Origin: an uncultured Candidatus Saccharibacteria bacterium
GTDB lineage: Bacteria > Patescibacteriota > UBA1384 > 2-12-FULL-50-11
Assembly (NCBI GenBank): GCA_964348645.1
Contig: CAYGDK010000001.1
Coordinates: 14,426 to 68,669, forward strand
Length of the DNA stretch: 54,244 nt
Direction of reading: 5' to 3'
Position numbers and translations under genes: made by a program. Below are positions 1 through 8,420 of the stretch, piece after piece. Every line of letters begins with the position of its first letter. Position 1 is the first letter of the stretch. The notes below the pieces were generated by a model that was given only the letters and a program-made list of their open reading frames with translations, was not told where the DNA came from and did no database searches.

Positions 1-340
1 CGTCGCAGCAGAAAAGCGCCCACTCCATGGTTGTTTGCGGCGGGTTGTGGCCGTTATGAAAGTGGTTGTGGGCCAGAATGGCGGTATTGATTGTTTCGTC
101 GCCGAGGTCTAGGTCTTCGAGCCACTCAACAACTTTCTTCGCGTGGTCCTCGGGCGTGTCGCGTGTAACTTCCCAGTCAGCATCGTGTAGAAGACCAGCA
201 ATCCCCCAGGACTCTTCGTCTTCGTGAAAGTAAGCGGCGAGCGCCTTCATCGAAGCTTCGACAGCAAGACAGTGGCGAACTAGATTGTCATTCTGAACGT
301 TATCGGTCAGTAGTTTGTGTGCTTGGTCTCTTGTAATCAT
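1..340 (-). CDS. HD-domain metal-dependent phosphohydrolase (N-terminal part only; gene runs off the left edge)
   Basis: Hand translation from ATG at 340: MITRDQAHKLLTDNVQNDNLVRHCLAVEASMKALAAYFHEDEESWGIAGLLHDADWEVTRDTPEDHAKKVVEWL... The H...HD...D pattern is typical of HD/HDIG hydrolases. It is absent from the ORF track because the window edge truncates it. Confidence 0.6.
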   Translation of the reverse strand, partial: MITRDQAHKLLTDNVQNDNLVRHCLAVEASMKALAAYFHEDEESWGIAGLLHDADWEVTRDTPEDHAKKVVEWLEDLDLGDETINTAILAHNHFHNGHNPPQTTMEWALFCCD

Positions 341-389
341 GGCAACAGTCTAGCGTGAATTCGCCTGAAATGTATACACTCATAGTAAT

Positions 390-1760
390 ATGAAGGACAA
401 GAACCTCGTGGAAGAGATTGCGGATGCACCAGCACTTGCGATAGAGAAGACGATCGAAACGACCGAGAAGCTCATCCATGAACTCCCAGGGCAGGGGTCG
501 ATCAATAAGGTTAGGCACTTTTGGCATTCGCTTGGTCCTGGCTTAACAACCGGTGCGTCCGATGACGATCCGTCTGGGATTGCGACTTACTCCCAAACAG
601 GTGCGCAGTTTGGCAATCAGCTACTTTGGCTAGCCGGCTTCACCTTCCCACTGATGGCGATCGTGCAAGAAATGTGCGCTCGTATTGGTCTAGTCACCGG
701 CCGCGGACTGGCTGCCAATATACGCACGCACTATTCTAAAAAAGTTTTGTACATCACCGCCTTACTACTGCTGGCCGCTAACTCTTTCAATATTGGCGCT
801 GATTTAGGCGCGATGGCCGAAGGCGCTCGCCTACTATTCCCAGGTATCGGCTCGGGCGTGTTGGTTGTGGGCTTCGCGATAACTAGTTTAATCCTTCAAA
901 TTTTTACGCCGTACGCTACCTATGCGCGCTACCTAAAATACTTGGCCTTTGTTCTGATTGCATACATTTTTTCTGCCATTCTCGCTGGCTTAAACTGGTC
1001 GGATATTGGCCGAGCAGCAGTATTGCCAAGCATCACTTGGTCAAAGGAGCAGGTGATCTTGATCTGCGCAATTCTGGGAACGACGATCTCACCGTACCTT
1101 TTCTTCTGGCAGACCTCACAGGAAGTTGAAGAGCAAATCGCTGGCGGTAAGACGACGCTCGCTTCTCGCCAAGGTGCGAGTGATGCTGAGGTTAAAGATA
1201 TGCGAGTTGATGTTTGGTCGGGAATGTTTTTGTCGAACGTGGTGATGTTCTTTATTATTGCCGCGTGCGCTGCCATCTTGTTTCCGCAAGGTATTACTCA
1301 GATCAGTTCCGCCGCCGAAGCCGCTGAGGCGCTCCGGCCTTTTGCCGGCGAAGCAACCTTCTTCTTATTTGCGATTGGGATTATTGGTACCGGATTGTTG
1401 GCAATCCCGGTACTGGCCGGTTCCGCATCTTACGCTATGAGCGAAAGTTTTGGTTGGGGCGGCGGATTGGGCAAAACACTTAAGCAAGCCCACAGTTTTT
1501 ATGGCGTCATAATAATTTCAATGCTACTCGGCTTGGGGATGAACTTTATTGGTCTCAACCCAATGAAGGCGTTGATTTACTCGGCAGTACTGAACGGTTT
1601 AGTTGCACCGATAGTGCTTGTTATTATTGTCCAGCTAAGTCGCGATCAAAGAATCATGGGCGAACGTAGAAATAGCCGGCTGACAAGTGCGATTGGGTGG
1701 GCTGTAGTTGCCCTGATGACAATCGCTGGCCTGGCGGCGCTGATTTCGCTGATAGCCTAA
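390..1760 (+). CDS. Nramp-family divalent metal cation transporter
   Basis: 456-aa polytopic ORF with N-terminal motif GASDDDPSGIATYSQTGAQFG, characteristic of Nramp-like transporters. Confidence 0.85.
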   Translation: MKDKNLVEEIADAPALAIEKTIETTEKLIHELPGQGSINKVRHFWHSLGPGLTTGASDDDPSGIATYSQTGAQFGNQLLWLAGFTFPLMAIVQEMCARIGLVTGRGLAANIRTHYSKKVLYITALLLLAANSFNIGADLGAMAEGARLLFPGIGSGVLVVGFAITSLILQIFTPYATYARYLKYLAFVLIAYIFSAILAGLNWSDIGRAAVLPSITWSKEQVILICAILGTTISPYLFFWQTSQEVEEQIAGGKTTLASRQGASDAEVKDMRVDVWSGMFLSNVVMFFIIAACAAILFPQGITQISSAAEAAEALRPFAGEATFFLFAIGIIGTGLLAIPVLAGSASYAMSESFGWGGGLGKTLKQAHSFYGVIIISMLLGLGMNFIGLNPMKALIYSAVLNGLVAPIVLVIIVQLSRDQRIMGERRNSRLTSAIGWAVVALMTIAGLAALISLIA

Positions 1761-1821
1761 AAGCTTTAGCGTAACCGTATCTCTTCAGGTTCCTTTGCGG
1801 TAAAATTGACACTGTTTTCAT

Positions 1822-1895
1822 GCCCCCGTAGCTCAGTGGATTAGAGCGAGACGGTTCTAACGTCGAGGTCGTAGGTTCGAATCCTACCGGGGGTA
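1822..1895 (+). tRNA. tRNA-Arg (anticodon TCT)
   Basis: Hand-folded cloverleaf: acceptor GCCCCCG/CGGGGGT, D arm GCTC/GAGC, anticodon stem AGACG/CGTCG with loop GTTCTAA, T arm GTAGG-TTCGAAT-CCTAC. Confidence 0.85.
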
Positions 1896-1900
1896 CTACA

Positions 1901-1931
1901 CAAACGACCCGGTAATTTGCCGGGTCGTTTG
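1901..1931 (+). terminator. Perfect 12-bp stem-loop just after tRNA-Arg (no clear U-tract)
   Basis: CAAACGACCCGG-taatttg-CCGGGTCGTTTG. Confidence 0.45.
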
Positions 1932-1939
1932 TGTATGGT

Positions 1940-2034
1940 GTCGTAGGTGAGAACCTAAGGTTCGACAACGACCGAGCGGTAGCGAGGGAGGTGTACCGCA
2001 GTGAAGCGGAGGTAATCCTACCGGGTGTACTACA
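1940..2034 (+). repeat. Degenerate, interrupted second copy of the tRNA-Arg(TCT) 3' portion
   Basis: GTCGTAGGT (1940-1948) and GGTTCGA (1959-1965) match tRNA positions 1868-1880. AATCCTACCGGGTGTACTACA (2014-2034) matches 1880-1900 at 20/21, including 5 nt beyond the tRNA end. Confidence 0.8.
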
Positions 2035-2476
2035 GGAAGTGGCTAATAAGTTTTTCAGTATCGCCACCTAGGACGATTGGGTTTAGACCGATTATTTCTT
2101 CTAAGTAAGCAGACTCTTTGGGGATGTTGTTCAGAATAAAGATCGGCTTTTTCAAATAGAATGCTATCGTCATTTCCATCAAGACATTACCGCCAATGTA
2201 GTTTGGGATACCTCGCTTCTTCTCGTTTATTACTAATATCGCATCGCTCTTCTCTATCTCAGCGAAGTGCCCGTTCATTAGCGCGGTTTTCTTGCTGTAA
2301 TCGTTGGCGTTTGAAAACCAAGTCTTGTAATGACTGACCTCAAAGTCACCATTTTTCTTCATTATTTCGGCTGTGGCAGGTAGAAGCGTGGAGATGCCGT
2401 GTGTTTCTAGCTCGCCCTGGATTTCGACAGCTCTTTTATAGAAATCAGCGCTTGAACATAAGGTGACAGTTGTCAT
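2030..2476 (-). CDS. Nucleoside 2-deoxyribosyltransferase-superfamily protein (tentative)
   Basis: 148-aa ORF. The pattern SDAILVINEKKRGIPNYIGGNVLMEMTIAFYLKKPIFILN resembles the Rossmann-like deoxyribosyltransferase fold. Its TAG stop lies inside the tRNA-end repeat. Confidence 0.45.
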   Translation of the reverse strand: MTTVTLCSSADFYKRAVEIQGELETHGISTLLPATAEIMKKNGDFEVSHYKTWFSNANDYSKKTALMNGHFAEIEKSDAILVINEKKRGIPNYIGGNVLMEMTIAFYLKKPIFILNNIPKESAYLEEIIGLNPIVLGGDTEKLISHFL

Positions 2477-2576
2477 AATGAGATTGTAGTAAGTTCTGCA
2501 GTAAACGCAATTATTCTAGTTCTTCTTGACAGGTGATACAGGATAGGTGATCCTGGAGAAAATGAAGGAGGGGGAA

Positions 2577-3554
2577 GTGAGTACTCGAAAACTAATTATT
2601 TATGCGGGAGTTATATTACTTTCGCTGACAACTGTGTTCGCGATCGTGGCCAATACCGGTAGCTTTAAAGCGCAAGTTGCGCTTGAAGAACTTTGTGTCG
2701 CAGATACTGACGTGAACGGAGATGGGCTGATTGATGAAAATGACTGCGAAGGCTCAGGTGGCGGAGGTGGTGTTGGTGACATCTGTCTCGATGATGCAGT
2801 AGACACAACAGCAGCTAGCTCTTTGCCAGCAATCGGTACTGATCCAAAGGAATGTGAAAATGTTTGCCGTATCGATGAGGCGTTCCCGCCAGCACATGAC
2901 GGCGCGACAGAAACCGCTCACCAAGCAGGGGTAACAACGCTAAATTCTAAAAAGTTCCAACTAGATGTTGAGTTTAAGAGTTGGGCTAATGACCAGCTCA
3001 GCCCGTACTTTACGGCAACAAGGCGGATTCTAACTCTAATTAAGGGCGGACAGGCAAGCCAGGCGCAAGCCAACCAGCTTCTCAGTACCTTTGCGAGTGA
3101 CTTATCGCGCTATGCCAATGACCCGATTAATCTTGCAAAGATACAGGCTGGCGTACTGAACCCTGCGACACTGGCCGAAAAAGCAGTTTATGACGCTCTG
3201 ACGCTTTCAAAGCAAGAAAAGCACTACCGAAGCGACCCACACGGGCCAAGCACCAAGCGTGAGTGGACGATTCTCAGTAATTTCAAACCCAACTTTACCG
3301 GCTGGCCAACGAACGTGAAGCTGGACGGAATAACATTCGATGTTCTTAATCTAACGGATTCAGCCGCCGGCTACAGCCTCTGCGTTGAGGGTGGTATAGG
3401 TACCGCTAACGGAAGATTTGACGCCCCACTGTCTGGGTTGAAGCTTAAAGGCAAGTGGAATGATCCAAGTACAGGATCTGGCCTCTCGCTCAACTTTGGA
3501 TTCAGCTACAAAAATAGACCAACACTTGGCCTATTCGGATTCTTCCGCTTCTAA
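2577..3554 (+). CDS. Membrane-anchored/secreted hypothetical protein
   Basis: The track ORF starts at 2547. I prefer GTG 2577, which has GGAGG 5 nt upstream. Features: N-terminal TM (LIIYAGVILLSLTTVFAIV), a DTDVNGDGLIDEND Ca-binding-like loop, a Gly run, and a C-terminus ending LGLFGFFRF. Confidence 0.6.
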   Translation: MSTRKLIIYAGVILLSLTTVFAIVANTGSFKAQVALEELCVADTDVNGDGLIDENDCEGSGGGGGVGDICLDDAVDTTAASSLPAIGTDPKECENVCRIDEAFPPAHDGATETAHQAGVTTLNSKKFQLDVEFKSWANDQLSPYFTATRRILTLIKGGQASQAQANQLLSTFASDLSRYANDPINLAKIQAGVLNPATLAEKAVYDALTLSKQEKHYRSDPHGPSTKREWTILSNFKPNFTGWPTNVKLDGITFDVLNLTDSAAGYSLCVEGGIGTANGRFDAPLSGLKLKGKWNDPSTGSGLSLNFGFSYKNRPTLGLFGFFRF

Positions 3555-3578
3555 AAATAGAACGAGAATAACGAAAGA

Positions 3579-3607
3579 GGAGGTGGCCAGTGGCCACCTC
3601 CTTTCTT
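3579..3607. terminator. Bidirectional intrinsic terminator between convergent genes
   Basis: GGAGGTGGCC-agt-GGCCACCTCC followed by TTTCTT; the upstream side is A-rich. Confidence 0.75.
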
Positions 3608-3622
3608 GTTGCTGTGCGAGCC

Positions 3623-4051
3623 TTACGGCTCGGTTAGCGGTTCGATCTCGATCAGGCGCCACTTGGACGCCTCCTGGACGTAGATCAGCATAAAGCTGAT
3701 GTTGTTGAACTCCTTGCCCAATTCTCTGGCACTGAACTCACACGTCACGACCGAGATCTTCTCGAAGCCCTGGTCGCGCATAGCGGTGGCGAGCTTCTGC
3801 TGATCGATCAGCGTCTGCCCTGCCCGCAATCCGTTGAAGAGCGTACTCTTCAATTCCCAGCCCTCATTTCGACAGATCCCTCGGATCTTGTCCATTTGGG
3901 CCAGGAAGCGCTTAGCGTCTTCGGTCGTATCGGCTAGCGGTCGAACCGCGGCCAGTCTGGTCGGGGTGGACGTAGGCGCAATGAAGGCCTGCGTCATCCC
4001 GAGCGGTGACAAGAAGTAGGCCGCGATGGCCGATCCGATTCCAATAAACAT
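3623..4051 (-). CDS. Hypothetical protein with N-terminal hydrophobic helix
   Basis: 142-aa ORF with GAGGA upstream of ATG 4051. No family recognised. Confidence 0.55.
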   Translation of the reverse strand: MFIGIGSAIAAYFLSPLGMTQAFIAPTSTPTRLAAVRPLADTTEDAKRFLAQMDKIRGICRNEGWELKSTLFNGLRAGQTLIDQQKLATAMRDQGFEKISVVTCEFSARELGKEFNNISFMLIYVQEASKWRLIEIEPLTEP

Positions 4052-4120
4052 GATTTCCTCGTGCGAAACACCACAACTATACCGGCTGGTGCGGCAAAAT
4101 CAATGCAAAATCGGCTAGTT

Positions 4121-4627
4121 TTAAATTTTAATCAGTAACCCAACGAAGACGCTAACGGTAATAACGACGGCGCCAATAGCGGTAATTTTGAGCGCGCCTT
4201 TGATCGGATGGTTATGGACGAAGAAACCCTTAAAGAGGCCGACGCAGAAGAGGGCGACTAAGCTAGCGATCACCGACCAGTAGAAGGCGGTCTTGGTGCT
4301 GTCGAGCAAAATGTACGGTAACAGCGGGATCAGGCCAATCAAAGCGTACGAGAAGAACATTACTGCACTGTCGCTGATGAGATTGTCTTTATCGTTAGGG
4401 TCGAGCTCTTTTTCGGAGTCTTCGGAGATATAAACGCCGGCAGCCATAGAGATTGCTTCAACAAGGATAAGAATCACGCCGCTGAGAATTACTTCTCGGG
4501 ATGATAGGCCAGCGAAGCTAACACCGGATAAGAGGCCGACCGTAGAAACGAGTCCGTCTTCGGCGCCAAAGACAAAGTTGCGCAAGAATCCTTTACCCTT
4601 CATTACTCGCATCATACCTGAATTCAT
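4121..4627 (-). CDS. VIT1/CCC1-family iron/manganese transporter
   Basis: 168 aa with FGAEDGLVSTVGLLSGV and multiple TM helices, typical of the VIT family. Confidence 0.8.
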   Translation of the reverse strand: MNSGMMRVMKGKGFLRNFVFGAEDGLVSTVGLLSGVSFAGLSSREVILSGVILILVEAISMAAGVYISEDSEKELDPNDKDNLISDSAVMFFSYALIGLIPLLPYILLDSTKTAFYWSVIASLVALFCVGLFKGFFVHNHPIKGALKITAIGAVVITVSVFVGLLIKI

Positions 4628-5160
4628 AGTGAAACTCCGGCCGATTGGCCGGAGTCGGTGGTGAACGTCTTGTTTATGCTCTCGAGGAGGAATTTCTCGC
4701 CCTCGCGAACGAACTTGAACAACCAGATGATCCGGATGACTCGTTTGCCATCAGGTGCTTTCATCTCCAGATCCGCCGGCACATCGTGCCGGAGAAGAAT
4801 CTCATCTTTCGGTTTGCCGTCCGTATCGTTCGGTCGAGCAACTTTCAGCTCGTCCGGATTCATAAACGTCCGTAAGCGGCTGTCGCCAGTTGGGCTCTGC
4901 CATGCCTTGTAGATCTCGTGGCTGCTATTAGCGAACTCGCGGATTGCCTTAAGGCGGGGCGAATCAACTGGTTCATCCTTAATGTCTTTGACGAACGGCC
5001 GAATACCGGTCATTCCTTTCTCAAAGCAAGCACGTAACACATCGCGTGTGTGTTGTAGGAGCGGGTCGGGAGGGAGCGGATCCTTCTCCTGACCACTGGC
5101 TGTCGTAGCCAAGCCAAATATGGCCAGGCAAGCGAAAAGTACGATCACGATTTTCTGCAT
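4624..5160 (-). CDS. Secreted hypothetical protein, co-transcribed with the VIT1 gene
   Basis: The track ORF runs to 5217. ATG 5160 has GGAGG 6 nt upstream and gives a signal-peptide-like MQKIVIVLFACLAIFGLATTASG. The stop overlaps the VIT1 start (ATGA). Confidence 0.6.
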   Translation of the reverse strand: MQKIVIVLFACLAIFGLATTASGQEKDPLPPDPLLQHTRDVLRACFEKGMTGIRPFVKDIKDEPVDSPRLKAIREFANSSHEIYKAWQSPTGDSRLRTFMNPDELKVARPNDTDGKPKDEILLRHDVPADLEMKAPDGKRVIRIIWLFKFVREGEKFLLESINKTFTTDSGQSAGVSL

Positions 5161-5237
5161 TTCAAGCCTCCTTGCGGGATGCAAAACAATTCTCCGCCGA
5201 TCAACGGCGGATTTCAAGATTCTGGGAGCTAGTTTTT

Positions 5238-6131
5238 TTACCAGAGAACGTAGCCTTTGATCACGCCGCTAGATCGTGGAATGGTTCTCTGACTGACAAC
5301 ACATGGTCCGATGTAGTTCATATCGGAGATCGATACAGTGGTGTCGGTAAAGCCCGTGACAACACCAACATGACCTGTTCCGGCAGCTTCTGTAGTTGAG
5401 ATCAACGCACCTACGGACGGATTTTTACTAGTAGCTATACCATACGATCGGGCGTACGACAGATACTGGCCTCCGTTACCCATTCTTCGCTTCTGAAGAT
5501 CGGGACGGTTGTGGAGCGCCCACTGGGTGCATTGGCAACGATAGGCGGTATAGGTGGGCAGATTGCGGAATACGCCAACGATTGAGACGCCACCAATAGT
5601 ACTGGCGATTCTTGGCAAACGTGCGCCAGAGGCGGTACTACGTCGCTGTTGAGCTAGGCGTTTAAGCTCGGCCTGTCGAGCGGCTTCGCGCTCCTCCACT
5701 TTTAGTTGATTTAGTTCGTCGAGCCAGGCGAGTGAGTTCTCCGAGTCCTGTGACGGTATAACAAGACTGGTTCCAGGTTTAATCTTCTCGATATCCGCTG
5801 TTTTGATCTCGTTGGCTTCAATGATTGTATTAACGTTGGTGTTATAGCGTTTGGCAATCGAAAGTAAGCTATCACCCTTTTCGACAGTATAGGTTATAGC
5901 GTATTGAGTCTCACCTGTTAAAACTGTTTGGCCGATAACTTGTGGCTTACCAACAAAGCCGGCTGCCTGGACTTCAACGATCTCATCCGAAATATTGGAG
6001 GCAAAGTAATCTGGGTCGTAGGCCTGTCCTTCGCCAACCGAAAAAGTCAAAAAGATTAAGATAAACGACCCAAAGCCGAGTTGGGTTGAGTAAGCGCGAA
6101 TAAATTTGCGGATTTTTTTGATCCGGGGCAA
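5238..6131 (-). CDS. LysM + CHAP domain peptidoglycan hydrolase (start uncertain; may extend to about 6266)
   Basis: LysM motif: YTVEKGDSLLSIAKRYNTNVNTIIEANEI...IKPGTSLVIP. CHAP Cys/His: CTQWA...GHVGVV. The track start is a TTG with no SD. Confidence 0.85.
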   Translation of the reverse strand: MPRIKKIRKFIRAYSTQLGFGSFILIFLTFSVGEGQAYDPDYFASNISDEIVEVQAAGFVGKPQVIGQTVLTGETQYAITYTVEKGDSLLSIAKRYNTNVNTIIEANEIKTADIEKIKPGTSLVIPSQDSENSLAWLDELNQLKVEEREAARQAELKRLAQQRRSTASGARLPRIASTIGGVSIVGVFRNLPTYTAYRCQCTQWALHNRPDLQKRRMGNGGQYLSYARSYGIATSKNPSVGALISTTEAAGTGHVGVVTGFTDTTVSISDMNYIGPCVVSQRTIPRSSGVIKGYVLW

Positions 6132-6292
6132 TCGTAAAAATGGCTGAACGGCGACAAGCAGAGCTTGAACACCAGCACTAAGCCGGGAAAGGAACGGACG
6201 GAGACTGCGAATTATGTTTTGTGTTTTTTGTCGAATAAGTTGAGCGGTATCTTTTGGGATACTAATCTGCCTCCTTACATGAGACGAGACCC

Positions 6293-6320
6293 AGTGTACC
6301 GTAGCCTAAAAACTTGTCAA
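6293..6320 (-). promoter_or_regulatory. Sigma70-type promoter for the LysM-CHAP gene
   Basis: Minus strand reads TTGACA-16 nt-TACACT, followed by AAGGAGG at 6270-6276. Confidence 0.55.
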
Positions 6321-6342
6321 GGGACCCATCTGCCTCGAGTGG

Positions 6343-6729
6343 TTACCGAGCAATAACGTCGAGATAGAAGCCAATAATGAGTGCGATAATTGAGGAAACG
6401 AAGATAACAACTGAGTTCCATTTCTCTTTACTGGAGCGCAAGGTGTGAAAAATATACTCCATGCTGGCCTTGTCCAAATCAGTTAGTCCCGCTGCTTGGT
6501 TGATCTTATTCTCCAAATCGTTTTCGGCGATTAACCGACTGCGTCTTTTCGAAACTTGGTAGCGATGGGCGAAATAGATAATAAAGCCGATGGTGCCGAA
6601 GTACCATAAGAAATGAATCGTGGCTTTATTCTCGATGATACCGATGGCGCGATAGGCGATAGTGGCTACTATGCCTGTAGCGAAAAATAGATTACGAGCA
6701 AATTGTGAGTGTGTTTTTGGTACTTCCAT
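6343..6729 (-). CDS. Small integral membrane protein (about 3 TM), unknown function
   Basis: The hydrophobic part of track ORF 6343..7032 starts at ATG 6729 (MEVPKTHSQFARNLFFATGIVATIAY...). The upstream 101 codons are Arg-rich and overlap a terminator and a better small gene. Confidence 0.5.
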   Translation of the reverse strand: MEVPKTHSQFARNLFFATGIVATIAYRAIGIIENKATIHFLWYFGTIGFIIYFAHRYQVSKRRSRLIAENDLENKINQAAGLTDLDKASMEYIFHTLRSSKEKWNSVVIFVSSIIALIIGFYLDVIAR

Positions 6730-6763
6730 ATGCCTAGCGTACCAAATAATAGAATAAAGAAGA

Positions 6764-6785
6764 GGCCGCCCGGTTAGGGGCGGCC
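6764..6785 (-). terminator. Intrinsic terminator after the small lipoprotein gene
   Basis: GGCCGCCC-ggttag-GGGCGGCC, followed by a T-rich run on the minus strand. Confidence 0.6.
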
Positions 6786-6806
6786 AATTAAGTCGGGAGT
6801 GAACGC

Positions 6807-6965
6807 TTACTCGTCGGTCGGCGTTGACTCGTTGAGGGGGCGCTCGGCGCCGTCTCGGGCGTTTTTCGCCTCGTTGATCTTTTCCCGTGAGGGAAGGGCG
6901 CAGCCGCTCGCGATCATCCCGGCGGCAACGAACAGGCCGCAAAGGGCTAGAATCTTTTTCACCAT
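6807..6965 (-). CDS. 52-aa lipoprotein (below the ORF-track size cutoff)
   Basis: Hand translation: MVKKILALCGLFVAAGMIASGCALPSREKINEAKNARDGAERPLNESTPTDE. It has AAGGAG upstream, a lipobox (IASGC) and a terminator downstream. Confidence 0.6.
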   Translation of the reverse strand: MVKKILALCGLFVAAGMIASGCALPSREKINEAKNARDGAERPLNESTPTDE

Positions 6966-7228
6966 TTCTCCTTGTTGTGACTTGCCACAACCAAGTGTTC
7001 CGAAGAACGAGAGAAATTATATATCCGAACACCTACCCCAATCAATACAATTGCCGTTCATTTAATGGATTACACATCGGATTGGTGGTACAATTACAGA
7101 ACTTTATGCGTTAACTTGCCAAGTGCGAGGCGCATCAAAGCCACACTTTCGGATTGTGGCCACACTCTTCTACGAAGACGGCACTACTGTTCGGGAGTCC
7201 CAACAGTAGAAAGGCTGTTTATAATAAT

Positions 7229-8419
7229 ATGTATAGCAATGTAAGAAGTCGTGCCCAAGGATTTGGGGGCCGACGCCGCTCAGGCGGTTTTGGACGAGGT
7301 TCCTCAAAGCGAGCCGACTCTACCAATCCAAGCCGATATATCAATAAAAGCGCGGATGTTCCGGTGGAAGTTCCGTTCGAACCAACGCACTCGTTTAGTG
7401 ATTTTTCGTTGAACGCTCAGATCCTTGAGCGCGTGACCGCTCGCGGTTACACTCACCCGACACCAATTCAGGATCAAGCGATTCCGGCCGTTATGGCGGG
7501 TCGCGACGTCATCGGCCTAGCTGATACTGGTACTGGCAAGACAGCTGCGTTCCTACTGCCGCTTTTGCACAAAATGCTGCGTGACCCGGTGCAAAAAGCG
7601 CTAATTATCGTTCCCACTCGCGAACTAGCTGTTCAAATTGACGATGAGCTACGCGCGTTTTCACGTGGGCTGGGTATTAACAGCGCTGTTTGTATCGGTG
7701 GTAGCGGCTACGGCTCGCAGATTCAGGCCCTTCGCCGTCGCCCCCAGATTGTCATTGGTACACCGGGTCGTTTATGCGATCACCTTGGTCAGCGAACTCT
7801 CTATCTAAAAGACGTCCAAAATCTCGTCATCGACGAGGCCGACCGTTTAGTTGATATGGGCTTCATTAAAGATGTTCGCTTGCTTGTTAGCCATTTACTG
7901 CCAGAACGACAGACGCTTTTCTTCTCGGCCACAATGGCGCCGGAAATCCAAGTGCTCGTCGATTCATTTTTGCGCGACCCAGAAACGATTGCCGTCAAAA
8001 AGCGCGAAACATCAGTTAACGTTGACCAGGACGTTGTGCGCTACACCGATGCTTTTCACCGAATGGCGCTCTTGCACGAGCTGCTGATTAAAGAGGATTT
8101 CAAAAAAGTTTTGATTTTTGGCCGAACGAAACACGGTGTCGAGAAACTTTGCAACACACTCATCGAACGCGGTTTTACAGCCGTTTCGATTCACGGAAAT
8201 AAATCTCAGCCGCAACGACAGCGAGCGTTAAACGACTTCAAGGAAGGGCGAGCTCAAATTATGGTGGCTACCGACGTGGCTGCCCGTGGTCTGGATATCC
8301 CTAACGTTACGCACGTAATTAACTTTGAGGCACCAGAAAATTACTCCGACTACGTCCACCGTATCGGACGAACTGGTCGCGCTGCTAATAAAGGAACTGC
8401 CTTAACGTTCGTTCAGTAA
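7229..8419 (+). CDS. DEAD-box ATP-dependent RNA helicase
   Basis: Motifs ADTGTGKTAAF, VIDEADRL, FSAT and HRIGRTGR. I prefer ATG 7229 (MYSNVRSRAQGFGGRRR...) over the track start at 7154. Confidence 0.92.
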   Translation: MYSNVRSRAQGFGGRRRSGGFGRGSSKRADSTNPSRYINKSADVPVEVPFEPTHSFSDFSLNAQILERVTARGYTHPTPIQDQAIPAVMAGRDVIGLADTGTGKTAAFLLPLLHKMLRDPVQKALIIVPTRELAVQIDDELRAFSRGLGINSAVCIGGSGYGSQIQALRRRPQIVIGTPGRLCDHLGQRTLYLKDVQNLVIDEADRLVDMGFIKDVRLLVSHLLPERQTLFFSATMAPEIQVLVDSFLRDPETIAVKKRETSVNVDQDVVRYTDAFHRMALLHELLIKEDFKKVLIFGRTKHGVEKLCNTLIERGFTAVSIHGNKSQPQRQRALNDFKEGRAQIMVATDVAARGLDIPNVTHVINFEAPENYSDYVHRIGRTGRAANKGTALTFVQ

Positions 8420-8420
8420 G

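Noticed and set aside
1654-2067. 137-aa minus-strand ORF spanning the tRNA-Arg(TCT) locus
   Set aside because: Its translation (PPVGFEPTTSTLEPSRSNPLSYGG) is the typical antisense reading of a tRNA gene. It also covers the hairpin and the repeat scar, so it is not a credible gene.
7229-7330. RGG-rich N-terminal tail of the DEAD-box helicase (RAQGFGGRRRSGGFGRGSSKR)
   Set aside because: It is unusual in position, since basic tails are more often C-terminal. It is still a plausible RNA-binding extension of an otherwise ordinary helicase, so I did not treat it as a separate system.
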